Origin: Myxococcota bacterium
GTDB taxonomy: Bacteria; Myxococcota_A; Polyangia; Nannocystales; Nannocystaceae
Direction of reading: 5' to 3'
NCBI GenBank assembly: GCA_039028615.1
Contig: JBCCHT010000028.1
Span: forward strand, 64,001 to 128,000
Length of the DNA stretch: 64,000 nt
The notes beneath the pieces were generated by a model, which was given only the letters and a program-made list of their open reading frames with translations, made no database searches and was not told the origin of the DNA. Below, piece after piece: positions 1 to 10,700 of this stretch (positions are counted from its first letter, which is position 1; the number at the start of each line of letters is the position of its first letter). The position numbers and the translations under genes were made by a program.

Positions 1-1205
1 CGCTGCTGCTGCATCATCGCTGGCGGAGCCGGGGCTGGACGCCCGGGGCCGTGCTCGCTCCCGTGGCGCTGGGTCTGGCGCTGCTGGCCAACGAAGGTGC
101 GATCGCGGCGGGAGGGTACTTGCTGGCCTATGCGCTGGTCCGCGACCGCGGGCGAGTGCACCTCCGAGTCGCGACCCTGCTGCCCTATCTCGGCGTCGCG
201 ATCGCCTGGCGAGTCGCCTACGCGGCGTGGGAGCACGGCGCGTCGGGGGGCGGCATCTACCTCGACCCCATGAGCGACCCGCTGCGCTACGTCGGCCGCA
301 CGCTCGTGCAGGCGGTCCCGATGCTCGCCAGTCGCCTCGGCCTCGGGGTGCTCGACCCCTTCGGCTCGATCCCCGGAGCTGCGATACCGCTGTTGTTCAT
401 CGCCCTGCCCTTCGTCCTGGGGGTGGCGTGGGTCGTGCGCGAGCGGCTGCGTGAAGACCCGTGCTCACGCATGTGGGCCGTGGGTCTGCTGCTGTGTCTC
501 GGGACCGCGGGCACCTCGGTGCCCACCGACCGCGGCGCGATGTTGTTGAGCCTCGGTGGCTGCGCCCTGCTGGCCGACTTCATCCTCTGGCTGCGCCGCG
601 AGGACGCGCCTGCGCTTCATCGTCGCCTGGCCGCGCTGTTCATCGGGTTGCACCTGGTGCTCTCGCCGCTGCTGCTGCCCGTCCGTGTGCTCACCACCGC
701 GTGGGTCCACGGCATGGCCGAGTCCATCACCGAGGCCCTCCCCGACGAGCCAGGCGTCGAGGACGAGACGGTGGTGCTCGTCAACGCCCCCAGCGACCTC
801 GTCATGCTGTACTCGCGGGCCATACGGGCCGAGCAGCAACAGGCCTTCCCGCGGCGCCTGCAGTGGCTCTACGCCGGCCCCGGCACGCTGACCTTGACCC
901 GGGTGGGCCCCCGCAGCATCGAGCTGCGCAGCGACCAGCCCTGGCTGGCCGCGCCGCTCGATCGTATGTTCCGCGACGCGGTGCAGTTCCGCCCCGGGCA
1001 GCGAATCGAGCGCGAGTGCATCGTCGCACAGGTGCTCGAGGTCGACGCAGGCTCGCTCGCGACCGCCGTGCGCTTCCAGATTGCCGACGACGGCGACTGC
1101 CGCCCGAGGTTCATGCAGTGGGACGGAGCGACGAAGAAGCACGTTCCTCTCACGCTGCCCGCCGAAGGGGAGACGATCACACTCGACGCGGCTCGCATCC
1201 CGTAG
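1..1205 (+). CDS. Multi-pass membrane protein with C-terminal soluble domain, 5' truncated by window edge (possibly GT-C-like)
   Basis: Frame is open from the window start (LLLHHRWRS...) through ORF 51..1205. Several hydrophobic helices are followed by a hydrophilic C-terminal domain. Confidence 0.6.
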   Translation, partial: LLLHHRWRSRGWTPGAVLAPVALGLALLANEGAIAAGGYLLAYALVRDRGRVHLRVATLLPYLGVAIAWRVAYAAWEHGASGGGIYLDPMSDPLRYVGRTLVQAVPMLASRLGLGVLDPFGSIPGAAIPLLFIALPFVLGVAWVVRERLREDPCSRMWAVGLLLCLGTAGTSVPTDRGAMLLSLGGCALLADFILWLRREDAPALHRRLAALFIGLHLVLSPLLLPVRVLTTAWVHGMAESITEALPDEPGVEDETVVLVNAPSDLVMLYSRAIRAEQQQAFPRRLQWLYAGPGTLTLTRVGPRSIELRSDQPWLAAPLDRMFRDAVQFRPGQRIERECIVAQVLEVDAGSLATAVRFQIADDGDCRPRFMQWDGATKKHVPLTLPAEGETITLDAARIP

Positions 1206-1220
1206 CCCCCACAAAGACAA

Positions 1221-1252
1221 AGGGCGAGACCCGGTCACCCGGGGCTCGCCCT
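1221..1252. terminator. Hairpin between convergent genes, probable bidirectional terminator
   Basis: AGGGCGAG..CCGG / CCGG..CTCGCCCT stem with an A-rich left flank and a CT-rich right flank. Confidence 0.55.
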
Positions 1253-1274
1253 CTTGCTCTTCACCGACGAGCGG

Positions 1275-4200
1275 CTACTTGAACGCGATGGTCTGCCGCG
1301 CCAGGTAGTCCTGCCAGGGCAGCGCCTTGAGGTCGTCCTTCGTCTTGAAGCGAAGGGCGTTGACCACCGCCTTGGCCAGCTTGAGGTCGGTCAGCAGCGG
1401 CACGTTGCAGTCGACCGCGCGGCGGCGAATGAGGTAGCCGTCGGGGCGACCCAGCTCGTCGTACTCGACCGGGATGTTGATGACCAGGTCGACGATGCCG
1501 TCGGTGATCGCATCCATGGCCGTCTGCCCCTCCTCGAGGGTCTTCGCCAGGCTGGTGCACGGGATGCCGAGGGTTTTGAGTGCCTCGGCCGTACCCGGCG
1601 TCGCGAAGATGGGCAGCTTGAGTTCCTCGGCGATGAGCTTGGCCTCTTCGCCGAAGGTGTACTTGTCGGTCAAGGGACCGAGGGACAGCAGCACGCCGCG
1701 CTCGGGCCAGACGAAGCCGGTCGCGATCATGGAGTGCAGCAACGCCTCGTAGACGTCGTCACCCAGGCAACCCACCTCACCCGTACTCGACATCTCGACG
1801 CCGAGCATGGGGTCGGCCCCCACCAGGCGCGAGAACGAGAACATCGGCGACTTCACGCCCACGTAGTCGAGGTCGAGCCCGCGGTTCACCACCTCGCGCT
1901 TGACGCCCAGCATGCGACGCATGGCCTCGCCGACGAAGTTGTTGCCCGTGACCTTCGAGACGAAGGGGAAGGAACGCGACGCCCGGAGGTTGCACTCGAT
2001 GACCTTGACCGCGTGGTTCTTGGCCAAGAACTGCATGTTGAAGGGCCCGGTGATGTTCAGGCGCTTCGCCAGAGCCGCGGCGATCTTCTTGATCCGGCGG
2101 ATCGTCGAGATGTAGAGGCTCTGCGGCGGAAGCACGAGGGTGGCGTCACCGGAGTGAACCCCCGCGTCCTCGACGTGCTCGGAGAAGGCCCACAGCACGA
2201 GCTCGCCGTTGTCGGCGACCGCGTCGATCTCGATCTCGCGAGCGTGGGTCTCGAACTTGGTCACCACCACCGGGTGCTCGCGCGAGACCGAAGCCGCGTT
2301 GGCGAGGATTCGCCGCAGCTCGTTGGGCTCGTGCGCCACCCGCATCGCGGCACCGGACAGCACGTAGCTGGGCCGGACCAGCACGGGGAAGCCCCCGAGG
2401 CCGGCGACCATCTCTTCGGCCTTGTCCGGATCGGTGACGTGACCCCACTTGGGCTGGTCGATACCCAGCTCGTCGAGCAAGGCGCCGAACTTGGAGCGGT
2501 CCTCCGCGTTGTCGATGCTCTCGGCGCTGGTGCCGAGGATCTTGACGCCGGCCCGGTGCAGGCGGATGGCCAGGTTGTTGGGGACCTGACCGCCCATGCT
2601 GACCACGATGCCCTCGGGCTTCTCGAGTTCGTAGAGGTCGAGGATGGTCTCGAAGCTGATCTCGTCGAAGACCAGCTTGTCGCACTCGTCGTAGTCGGTG
2701 CTGACCGTCTCGGGGTTGTAGTTGACCATGATGGTCTCGTACCCCTGCGCGGCCGCGGCCTTGGCTGCGTTGACGCAGCACCAGTCGAACTCGACGCTCG
2801 AGCCGATGCGATAGGAGCCCGAGCCCAGCACCATGATCTTCTTGCGCCACGAGCTGGGCACGTCGGACTGGCTGGCGTGATAGCTGGAGTACAGGTAGTT
2901 CGTCTCCGCCGGGAACTCGGCCGCCATCGTGTCGATCTGCGCGGTGTGGCGCACGATGCCGTTGTCGAGGCGAGCCGCCCGAAGCTCCATGCGGTCGATG
3001 CCGCACAGGTCCGAGATGATCGCGTCGGCAAAGCCGAGCTCCTTGGCTTTGCGCAGGGTGCCGGCGTCGGGCAGGCCCTTGTGCTCGGCGAGCGCCTTGT
3101 GCACGTCGATCACGCTGTCGATGGCGTGAAGGAACCAGCGGTCGATGCCGGTCAGGTCGTGGATCTCGTCGACCCCGATGCCGTCGAGCAACGCCTTGGC
3201 GATGGCGATGGAGCGCAGCGGCGTGGCCTGGCTCAGCTCGGTGCGCACGTCCTCGAACTCGAACGCGTTGGGATCGAGACCCCGCACGCCGATGTCGAGC
3301 ATCCGCAGCGCCTTCTGCATGACCTCGGGGAAGGTCCGGCCGATGGCCATGACCTCACCGACGCTCTTCATCTCGCTGCCGATGCGACGGTTGGCGCCCT
3401 GGAACTTCTGAAGGTCCCAGCGCGGCATCTTGCACACGATGTAGTCGAGCGCGGGCTCGAAGAACGCCGTGGTGCGCCGGGTGATGGCGTTGGGGATCTC
3501 CGGCAGCGTGTAGCCCAGGGCGATCTTCGCCGCGACGTAGGCCAGCGGGTACCCGGTGGCCTTACTCGCCAGCGCGCTGGAGCGCGACAGGCGAGCGTTG
3601 ACCTCGATGACCCGGTACTCGCTGCTGAAGGGATCGAGCGCGTACTGGATGTTGCACTCACCGACGATGCCGAGGTGACGCACGGTCTTGATCGCGACCG
3701 TCCGCAGCACCTGGTACTCCTCGTCGTTGAGGGTCTGGCTGGGCGCCACCACGATGGACTCACCGGTGTGAATGCCCATCGGGTCGAAGTTCTCCATGTT
3801 GCAGACCGTGATGCAGTTGTCACGGCCGTCGCGGACGACTTCGTACTCGACCTCTTTCCAGCCCCGCAGGCACTCCTCGACCAGCACCTGAGGGATGCCG
3901 GCGTCGAAGGCCCGGTGCAGGATGTTGTCGAGCTCTTCCTCGGTCTCGACGATGCCGCTGCCCTTGCCGCCGAGCGAGAAGGCGCTGCGGAGCATCACGG
4001 GCAAGCCGATCGACTTGGCGGCCTTCTTGGCCTCCTCGATCGTGTTGCAGGCGGTGCTGCGGGCGTTACTCACCCCGATCTCGTCGAGACGATCGACGAA
4101 GCGGGCGCGGTCCTCGGTGTCCTTGATGGTCTGGACGGGCGTGCCCAGCACGCGGACGCCGTACTTCTCGAGGGTCCCCGCCTCCTTGAGGTCGAGGCCG

Positions 4201-4502
4201 CACTGCAGCGCGGTCTGACCACCGAAGGACAGCGCGATCGCGTCGACATCCTCTTGGACGATGATCTTCTCGACCATCTCCGGGGTGACCGGCACGAGGT
4301 AGATGCGGTCGGCCAGCCCCTCGCTGGTCTGGATGGTGGCGATGTTCGGGTTCACCAGGACGGTGAAGACCCCCTCCTCCTTGAAGGCCTTGATCGCCTG
4401 CGAGCCCGAGTAGTCGAACTCACCGGCCTGGCCGATCTGGAGGGCGCCCGAGCCCAGGATGAGCACGCGCTTGGGTTTGCGAGGTAGATATGCGCCGTAC
4501 AT
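1275..4502 (-). CDS. carB: Carbamoyl-phosphate synthase large subunit
   Basis: VLILGSGALQIGQAGEFDYSG, NPNIATIQTS, SRSSALASKATGYP, a second ATP-grasp half (NYNPETVSTDYD, HSGDAT) and a C-terminal MGS domain; 1075 aa. Confidence 0.98.
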   Translation of the reverse strand: MYGAYLPRKPKRVLILGSGALQIGQAGEFDYSGSQAIKAFKEEGVFTVLVNPNIATIQTSEGLADRIYLVPVTPEMVEKIIVQEDVDAIALSFGGQTALQCGLDLKEAGTLEKYGVRVLGTPVQTIKDTEDRARFVDRLDEIGVSNARSTACNTIEEAKKAAKSIGLPVMLRSAFSLGGKGSGIVETEEELDNILHRAFDAGIPQVLVEECLRGWKEVEYEVVRDGRDNCITVCNMENFDPMGIHTGESIVVAPSQTLNDEEYQVLRTVAIKTVRHLGIVGECNIQYALDPFSSEYRVIEVNARLSRSSALASKATGYPLAYVAAKIALGYTLPEIPNAITRRTTAFFEPALDYIVCKMPRWDLQKFQGANRRIGSEMKSVGEVMAIGRTFPEVMQKALRMLDIGVRGLDPNAFEFEDVRTELSQATPLRSIAIAKALLDGIGVDEIHDLTGIDRWFLHAIDSVIDVHKALAEHKGLPDAGTLRKAKELGFADAIISDLCGIDRMELRAARLDNGIVRHTAQIDTMAAEFPAETNYLYSSYHASQSDVPSSWRKKIMVLGSGSYRIGSSVEFDWCCVNAAKAAAAQGYETIMVNYNPETVSTDYDECDKLVFDEISFETILDLYELEKPEGIVVSMGGQVPNNLAIRLHRAGVKILGTSAESIDNAEDRSKFGALLDELGIDQPKWGHVTDPDKAEEMVAGLGGFPVLVRPSYVLSGAAMRVAHEPNELRRILANAASVSREHPVVVTKFETHAREIEIDAVADNGELVLWAFSEHVEDAGVHSGDATLVLPPQSLYISTIRRIKKIAAALAKRLNITGPFNMQFLAKNHAVKVIECNLRASRSFPFVSKVTGNNFVGEAMRRMLGVKREVVNRGLDLDYVGVKSPMFSFSRLVGADPMLGVEMSSTGEVGCLGDDVYEALLHSMIATGFVWPERGVLLSLGPLTDKYTFGEEAKLIAEELKLPIFATPGTAEALKTLGIPCTSLAKTLEEGQTAMDAITDGIVDLVINIPVEYDELGRPDGYLIRRRAVDCNVPLLTDLKLAKAVVNALRFKTKDDLKALPWQDYLARQTIAFK

Positions 4503-5612
4503 CTAGCGTTGCCCCCTCATCGCGCCCACCAGGCGCAGGTAGTCGTCGAACAAGTAGTCGGCGTCCTCGGGCCCGGGCCGCGCCTCGGGGTGGAACTGGA
4601 CGCTGAAGAAGGGCTTGGTCCGGTGACGGATGCCCTCGTTGGTGCCGTCGTTGATGTTCACGAACCAGGGCTCCCAGTCCTCGGGGAGCGAGTCGTTGTC
4701 GACCGCGTAGCCGTGGTTCTGGCTCGTGACGTAGCAGCGGCGAGTGAGCAGGTCCTGGACCGGCTGGTTCACGCTGCGGTGACCGTAGGGCAGCTTGAAG
4801 GTGCCGGCCCCCGCCGCGCGGGCGAGGATTTGGTTGCCGAGGCAGATGCCGAAGACCGGGCCGCGGAAGCTCTCGAGCAAGGTCCGCACCTGCTCGGCGA
4901 GTCCCTCGAGGTCCTCGGGGTTACCGGGGCCGTTGCCGATGAGCACGCCGTCGGCTCCGAGCGCGAGCTCGGCGAGTCGGGCGTGCCACGGCGCTCGGAT
5001 GACCGACACCCCGCGGTTGAGCAAGCTGCGGACGATGTTGTCCTTGCACCCGACGTCGACCACGAGGACGGTGAGCTCGCCGTCGCCGTAGCGCTGCACC
5101 TGCTCCGGCGCGACCAGGCGGAACACGTCCTTTTTCATGTCGACCGCGGCCGCTTCTTCGCGGGCGCGCTCGAAGGACATGTCGGCGGGGAAGAGCCAGC
5201 CGCGCATGGTGCCGTGCTCACGCAGGCGTCGCGTCAGCGTTCGCGTGTCGATGCCGGTGACGGCCGGCACGTTCTCGCTCGCCAGCCACTCGCTCAGCGA
5301 ACGGGTCGCCGCGTGGTGGCTGTAGGCGTCGACGTAGTTCTGCACCACGAGTCCTTGAACCTGGATCGCTCCCGATTCGTAGGGCCCATCGATGGAGCCC
5401 TTCTCGCGTGGTGCCGGCACGCCGTAGTTGCCGATCAGCGGGTAGGTGTGAACGAGGATCTGCCCTCGGTAAGACGGATCGGTCAGCGTCTCCACGTAAC
5501 CGGTCATACCGGTATTGAAGACGACCTCGCCGACCACGGTGCCGCGGCCACCAAACGCGTGGCCTTGCATCACCGTCCCGTCTTCCAATCTCAGCTGAAT
5601 GTCCGGGTTCAA
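4503..5612 (-). CDS. carA: Carbamoyl-phosphate synthase small (glutaminase) subunit
   Basis: GEVVFNTGMTGY, TDPSY, YPLIGNYG, GICLG (catalytic Cys), SQNHG, VQFHPE. Confidence 0.97.
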   Translation of the reverse strand: MNPDIQLRLEDGTVMQGHAFGGRGTVVGEVVFNTGMTGYVETLTDPSYRGQILVHTYPLIGNYGVPAPREKGSIDGPYESGAIQVQGLVVQNYVDAYSHHAATRSLSEWLASENVPAVTGIDTRTLTRRLREHGTMRGWLFPADMSFERAREEAAAVDMKKDVFRLVAPEQVQRYGDGELTVLVVDVGCKDNIVRSLLNRGVSVIRAPWHARLAELALGADGVLIGNGPGNPEDLEGLAEQVRTLLESFRGPVFGICLGNQILARAAGAGTFKLPYGHRSVNQPVQDLLTRRCYVTSQNHGYAVDNDSLPEDWEPWFVNINDGTNEGIRHRTKPFFSVQFHPEARPGPEDADYLFDDYLRLVGAMRGQR

Positions 5613-5916
5613 AACGGTCGCATGCTAACCCCGGTTGCAGGCATGAGCGAGGCCGGAGGCCGGCTCGATTCGCGACCCCGAAGAAGCGTCGAATAACCTC
5701 GTATCTGGGCCCTGACGTGGGGATATCGGTACCGCGCACGACACGGGGCACGCACCAGCGTGAGGCGAGTCCCCTCATGCATGACAAATGCATAGGCTCG
5801 GAACGGGCCCTTCCGCGGCACTTCCACTACGGGCCCTTCGCGATCTCCGATCGCGCATGAACCGCGAACGTGCGGCCCCGCGCTTCGTCACCGAAATGTT
5901 GCGTCGTCCGGGGTGA

Positions 5917-7551
5917 TCAACGAAGACCGCTGATCACTCCGTCCTTCATGTCGATCTCGTGATACTGGGGCCGCCGCGGCAAACCGGGCATACGCAGCAT
6001 GTCGCCCGTGAGCACGACCAAGAAGCCCGCGCCCGCGTTGATCTGGACGCCGCGCACGGTGATGGTGAAGCCCTCGGGGCGACCGCGTCGGGTGGGATCG
6101 TCGGACAACGAGTTCTGCGTCTTGGCCATGCAGATCGGCAGCCCGGACAGCCCCATCGCTTCAATCTGCGCGAGGTCCCGCTGGGCGGCGGCGGTGAAGG
6201 CCACGTCGGCCGCGCCGTAGATCTTGGTGGAGACGGCGGCGACCTTGTCCTGCACCGAAGCGTCCAGCGGATAGATGGGACGCAGCGGCTCGGTGCCCTC
6301 GGCCGCGGCTTCCATGACCGCTTCCGCCACCTCGACCGCCCCCTCGCCCCCGCGAGCGAAGTGATCCCCGAGCGCGAAGCGAATGCCCTGGGCCTCGCAC
6401 CAGCGGCGCACCACTGCGATCTCGTCGTCGGTGTCCTCGCCGCGACGGTTGAGCGCCACCACGGGCACCTTGCCGAAGGCCCGCACGCTGTCGACGTGCT
6501 TGTCGAGGTTGCACAGACCCGCCTCGACCGCGCCGGGATCCGGCTGCTCGAGCTCCTTGAGCGAGCGCCCGCCGTGCATCTTGAGCGCGCGGACGGTGGC
6601 CACGAGCACGGTCGCCGCGGTGTCGAGACCCGCCCCGCGACACTTGATGTCGTAGAACTTCTCCGCGCCCAGGTCGAAGCCGAAGCCGGCCTCGGTCACG
6701 ACCCAGTCGGCCAGGTGCAGCGCCGTCTTGGTCGCGATCACGCTGTTGCAGCCGTGGGCGATGTTGGCAAAGGGGCCGCCGTGCACGAGCGCGGGCGTGC
6801 CCTCTTGGGTCTGGGCCAGGTTGGGGTGCAGCACGTCCCGCATCAGCGCGAGCATGGCTCCCACCACGCCCAGCTGCCCGGCGACGATCGGCTCCTTCTT
6901 CTTGGTGACCGCGACGATGGTCCGCTCGAGTCGGGCCCGCAGGTCCTCCGCGTCCTCGGCCAGGCACATCATGGCCATGACCTCGGAGGCCGCGGTGATG
7001 TCGAAGCTCGACTGCCGGGGCATGCCGAAGGTCTTGCCGCCCATGCCGGTCACCACCTGACGCAGCGATCGCTCGTTGACGTCGAGGACCCGCGGCCACA
7101 GGATGCGTCGCGCGTCGAGGCCCTCGGTCGTGCCGAAGTGCAGCTCGTTGTCGACCGCCGCGGCCAGCAGGTTGTGCGCGGCCGTGATGGCGTGAAAGTC
7201 CCCGGTGAAGTGCAGGTTGATGTCGTCCGAGGGATGCAGCCGCGCCTTGCCACCACCCGTGCCTCCACCTTTGATCCCGAAACAGGGACCCAGCGAGGGC
7301 TCGCGCAGCGCCAGGCATACCCGCTGTCCCGCGCGCGACAGGGCATCGCCGAGGCCGATGGTCGTGGTGGTCTTGCCCTCACCCGCGGGCGTGGGTGTTA
7401 GCGCCGACACCAGCACCAGCTTGGCCGGCGTCTTCGAGTGACGCGGCCGCTCACGCACGGCGGTGAGGATCTTGGCCTTGTCATGACCGAAAGGCAGGAC
7501 GTGCTCGGCAGCGACGTCGAGAGCAGCGGCGACCTCGGAGATGGGCTTCAC
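5917..7551 (-). CDS. fhs: Formate--tetrahydrofolate ligase
   Basis: TPTPAGEGKTT, GIKGGGTGGG, LHFTGDFHAI, VHGGPFANIAHGCNS, EAGFG, MAKTQ, MPGLP. Start set at GTG 7551 (VKPISEVA). Confidence 0.96.
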   Translation of the reverse strand: MKPISEVAAALDVAAEHVLPFGHDKAKILTAVRERPRHSKTPAKLVLVSALTPTPAGEGKTTTTIGLGDALSRAGQRVCLALREPSLGPCFGIKGGGTGGGKARLHPSDDINLHFTGDFHAITAAHNLLAAAVDNELHFGTTEGLDARRILWPRVLDVNERSLRQVVTGMGGKTFGMPRQSSFDITAASEVMAMMCLAEDAEDLRARLERTIVAVTKKKEPIVAGQLGVVGAMLALMRDVLHPNLAQTQEGTPALVHGGPFANIAHGCNSVIATKTALHLADWVVTEAGFGFDLGAEKFYDIKCRGAGLDTAATVLVATVRALKMHGGRSLKELEQPDPGAVEAGLCNLDKHVDSVRAFGKVPVVALNRRGEDTDDEIAVVRRWCEAQGIRFALGDHFARGGEGAVEVAEAVMEAAAEGTEPLRPIYPLDASVQDKVAAVSTKIYGAADVAFTAAAQRDLAQIEAMGLSGLPICMAKTQNSLSDDPTRRGRPEGFTITVRGVQINAGAGFLVVLTGDMLRMPGLPRRPQYHEIDMKDGVISGLR

Positions 7552-7792
7552 GCCGCGAGGGTACCCCAGCACCCATGACCGCCGATCCTCGGGGTACCCG
7601 CCCCCCGAAGCGTCCCAAACCCGCGGCCAAAGGCCCGTACGGCCCGACTGCCCCTTGCCCCTCGAAGGACCGGTACGGCTGCTCAGCCTTTTTTCCGGGA
7701 CGCGTGCGACGTGAAAGGTCCCACGTTCGGGGATCCCGCCCCGCGGATTCATGCGGAACTGCCGCGAACGATGCGATAGCGTGGCACCGACG

Positions 7793-10700
7793 ATGGCCGA
7801 GTCGGACGAGTCCACGCTCGACAACATCTCGGAGTCCCACGACTTCGACGAGGCGTTGGGTGTCGACTCCATCGACCTCGGAATCCTCGAGGCTCGCATC
7901 ATCGCCAAGGCATTCGGCGACGAAACACCGTCCAGCATCACGGAGTCGGGCGAGCTGGCGGAGGCCTCGGACCGCTACGTGATCGAGCGTCGCCTGGGCT
8001 CGGGCGCGATGGGCATGGTCTACCTCGCCCGCGACCTCGAACTCGATCGCAACGTGGCGCTCAAGGTCCTGCGACCCAATCGCGCTCTCGGCCAAGACAG
8101 CTCCTCCGACGCTCGGCTCTCCAACCAGATCCGCCGCGAGGCCCAGGCCATGGCGCGCCTCAGCCATCCCAACGTGGTGCACGTGCACGACGTGGGCTCG
8201 ATTCGCGGGCGCTTGTTCGTCGCCATGGAGCTGGTGGAGGGCGGCACCATGGCCACCTGGCTGCGCGCGGTGGACCGGAGCTGGCGCGAGGTGGTGGGCG
8301 TGTTTCGAGCCGCCGCTCGGGGGCTGCACGCCGCCCACGAAGCCGACCTCGTCCACCGCGACTTCAAGCCCGACAACGTGCTGATGACCCACGAAGGGGT
8401 GGCCAAGGTCACCGATTTCGGTCTCGCCCGGGTCTCCGAAGAGCTGCGGGCCCGGCAGGGCGAGTCGCTCGGCCCCGCCCCCGACGACAGCGAGGGCGCC
8501 TCGCTGTCGGTGGGTTCGATCAAGGGCACGCCCGCGTATATGGCCCCCGAGCACATTCGCGGGCTGGCCGGCGATGCCCGCTCGGATCAGTTCAGCTTCT
8601 GCGTGTCGCTATACGAGGCCCTGTACGGCGAGCGGCCCTTCCACGCGAGAGACACGGTCTCGCTGCTCGCCAACATCATGAGCGGAGATCGGCGCCCGGT
8701 CCCCAGCCGCTCCCTGCCCCGCCGACTCGTCGCGCTGGTCAACCGCGGCCTCAGCCCGTCCCCCGACGACCGCTTCGAGTCCATGGCGCAGCTCGAGGCC
8801 GAGCTCGAGCGCTGCGAGCTGTCCTTCGTTCGCCGCTACTGGATGCCCCTGGCTGCGGTCAGCCTCATCGCCGCGATGGGCATCGGCGGCATGGTGGTCC
8901 AGCGGGCCAAGAGTCGCGACTGTGAGCGCGAGGCCGCGCGCGTCGACGAGCTGTGGAGCAGCACCCGGCGCAACGAGGTCGAGCGCGCCATCCTCGAGTC
9001 CGAGCTGCCCTATGCCCCGCCGACCTGGCGCGCGGTCGAGACCCAGCTGGGCAACTGGACCAGCGATTGGCGCGACGAGGCCCGCCAGGCCTGTGTTCGC
9101 CGCGAAGACGACGTGATGGCGGGGCGCCGGGCGTCGTGCCTGGAGGTCGCCGCCCTCGACTTCGCCGGCACCGTGGAGGTGCTGCGCACCGCGTCGCCTC
9201 AGCTCGCCCCGCAAGCGAGTCAGCTCGTCCACCGCATCGCCGACCCCACCCGTTGCGCCGACGACACCTGGCTCCGCACCGGGACCGCGCCGCCGCCTCC
9301 CCCCGAGCTGCGCGAGCAGGTCTACCAGGCGCGTCAGCAGCTGTCGCAGTCGCGCTCGCTGCACTTCCTCGGGCGCCTGGACGAAGCCCTCGAGCTCGCG
9401 CAGCAGACCCGGGAAACCGCCAAGTCCCTCGACTACCCCGCGCTCTTGGTGGAAGCCGAGCACCGGGTCACCGCCGTCGAGCTGAACTACCAGCCCGATC
9501 AGGGGGCCTCGCGGTGGCGGGACGTCTACGTGATGGCCGTGCGCGAGGACCTGACCGCCATCGCCGTGTCCGCCGCGCTGTTCATGATTCGCAGCTCGAC
9601 CTACGACCCGGGGCGCCACGGTGAAGCCCAGATGTGGGGGCAGATCGCCGAAGCCCACATCTCGCGGTTCCAGGAGCAGGCGTCGTCCCTCGAGGCGATT
9701 CGGCTGCGCTCGCTGGCCAACGTCGAGGCCCGCACCGGAAACCTCGAGCGCGCGCTCGAGCTGGCCCGGGCCGCGCGCGAGATGGCGGCCGAGAGCCTGC
9801 ACGAGGACGACCCTCGACACGCCGCGTTCCTCATGACGGAGGCCAATGCCGAGCTGTCCATGAACCGACAGGACTCCGCGCTCGAGCACATCGAGCAGGG
9901 CCTGGCGATGGAGCATCGCCTCTACGGCGACATCCACCCTTCCATCGCCGGACTGGAGACCTTCCGCGCCGAGATCTTGATGAAGAAGGGCCAGCTCGAC
10001 GAGGCGTACGCCGGGCTCGAGCGGATCCTGACCATCTACCAGGCCACGCTGCCCGAGGGACATTCCGCCATCGGAGACACCCTCGCCAACATGGGCCATG
10101 TGCTGCGCCGACAGGGCCGGCTCGAAGAGGCGCTAACGCGGGTCGCCGAGGGCTACGAAGTGTCCAAAAAGGCGCTGGGGCCAGAGCACGACTCCGCCAC
10201 GAATGCTCAGCTGACGATGGCGCTCATCGAGCTCGACCTCGGACGGCTCGAGGACGCGCTCACTCGCCTCGACAAAGTGCTGCCCGCCATCGGCAAGCAG
10301 GGCACCGAACGCGAGCTGTACCAGCAGGCGCTCCAGCTGTCGTCCAACATCCAGTTCCGTCTCGGCCGCTTCGACGCCGCCGACGAGACCTCCCGGAAGA
10401 ACCTGGAAATCATCGAGGCCATCACCGACCCCGGGCACCGAGAGCACCGCTACGCGCTCTGGCTGCGGGCCAGCGTGCTCCGGGAGCGAGGGCAGCTGAC
10501 CGAGGCACTATCGCTGCTCGATCGTTGCATCGAGCTGCCCGTCACCCAGCCCCCGCAGGAGCCCAAGAAACTGCAATGCGAGGTCGCACGCCTCGACCTG
10601 TGGCAACGCATGTCGGACCCGCGGGGCAGCGCCCAGGCGTTGGAGGCGAAGCTCGGCGAGCTGGTGGACTCGGACGACGAGTTCGCGGCCGAGCACCGGG

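Noticed and set aside
1254..4487. 1077-aa plus-strand ORF, and similar long ORFs at 24001-26667, 38334-41942, 48347-52135 and 55536-58502
   Set aside because: These are antisense or shadow frames of clearly conserved genes, expected from high-GC codon bias, and contain no recognisable motifs. Only the last 168 aa of 24001-26667 is treated as a real gene.
5613..5916. Attenuator or small ORFs between fhs and carA (two GGGCCCTTC copies)
   Set aside because: A 9-bp GC-rich duplication is weak evidence, and no terminator/antiterminator or PyrR-type loop was recognised.
7552..7941. 129-aa N-terminal extension of fhs in the ORF track, and a possible ZTP/THF riboswitch upstream
   Set aside because: The extension overlaps the divergent kinase gene and is not Fhs-like. 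The conserved ZTP elements (GACTGGCG, GCCTGGGC) were not seen on the minus strand.
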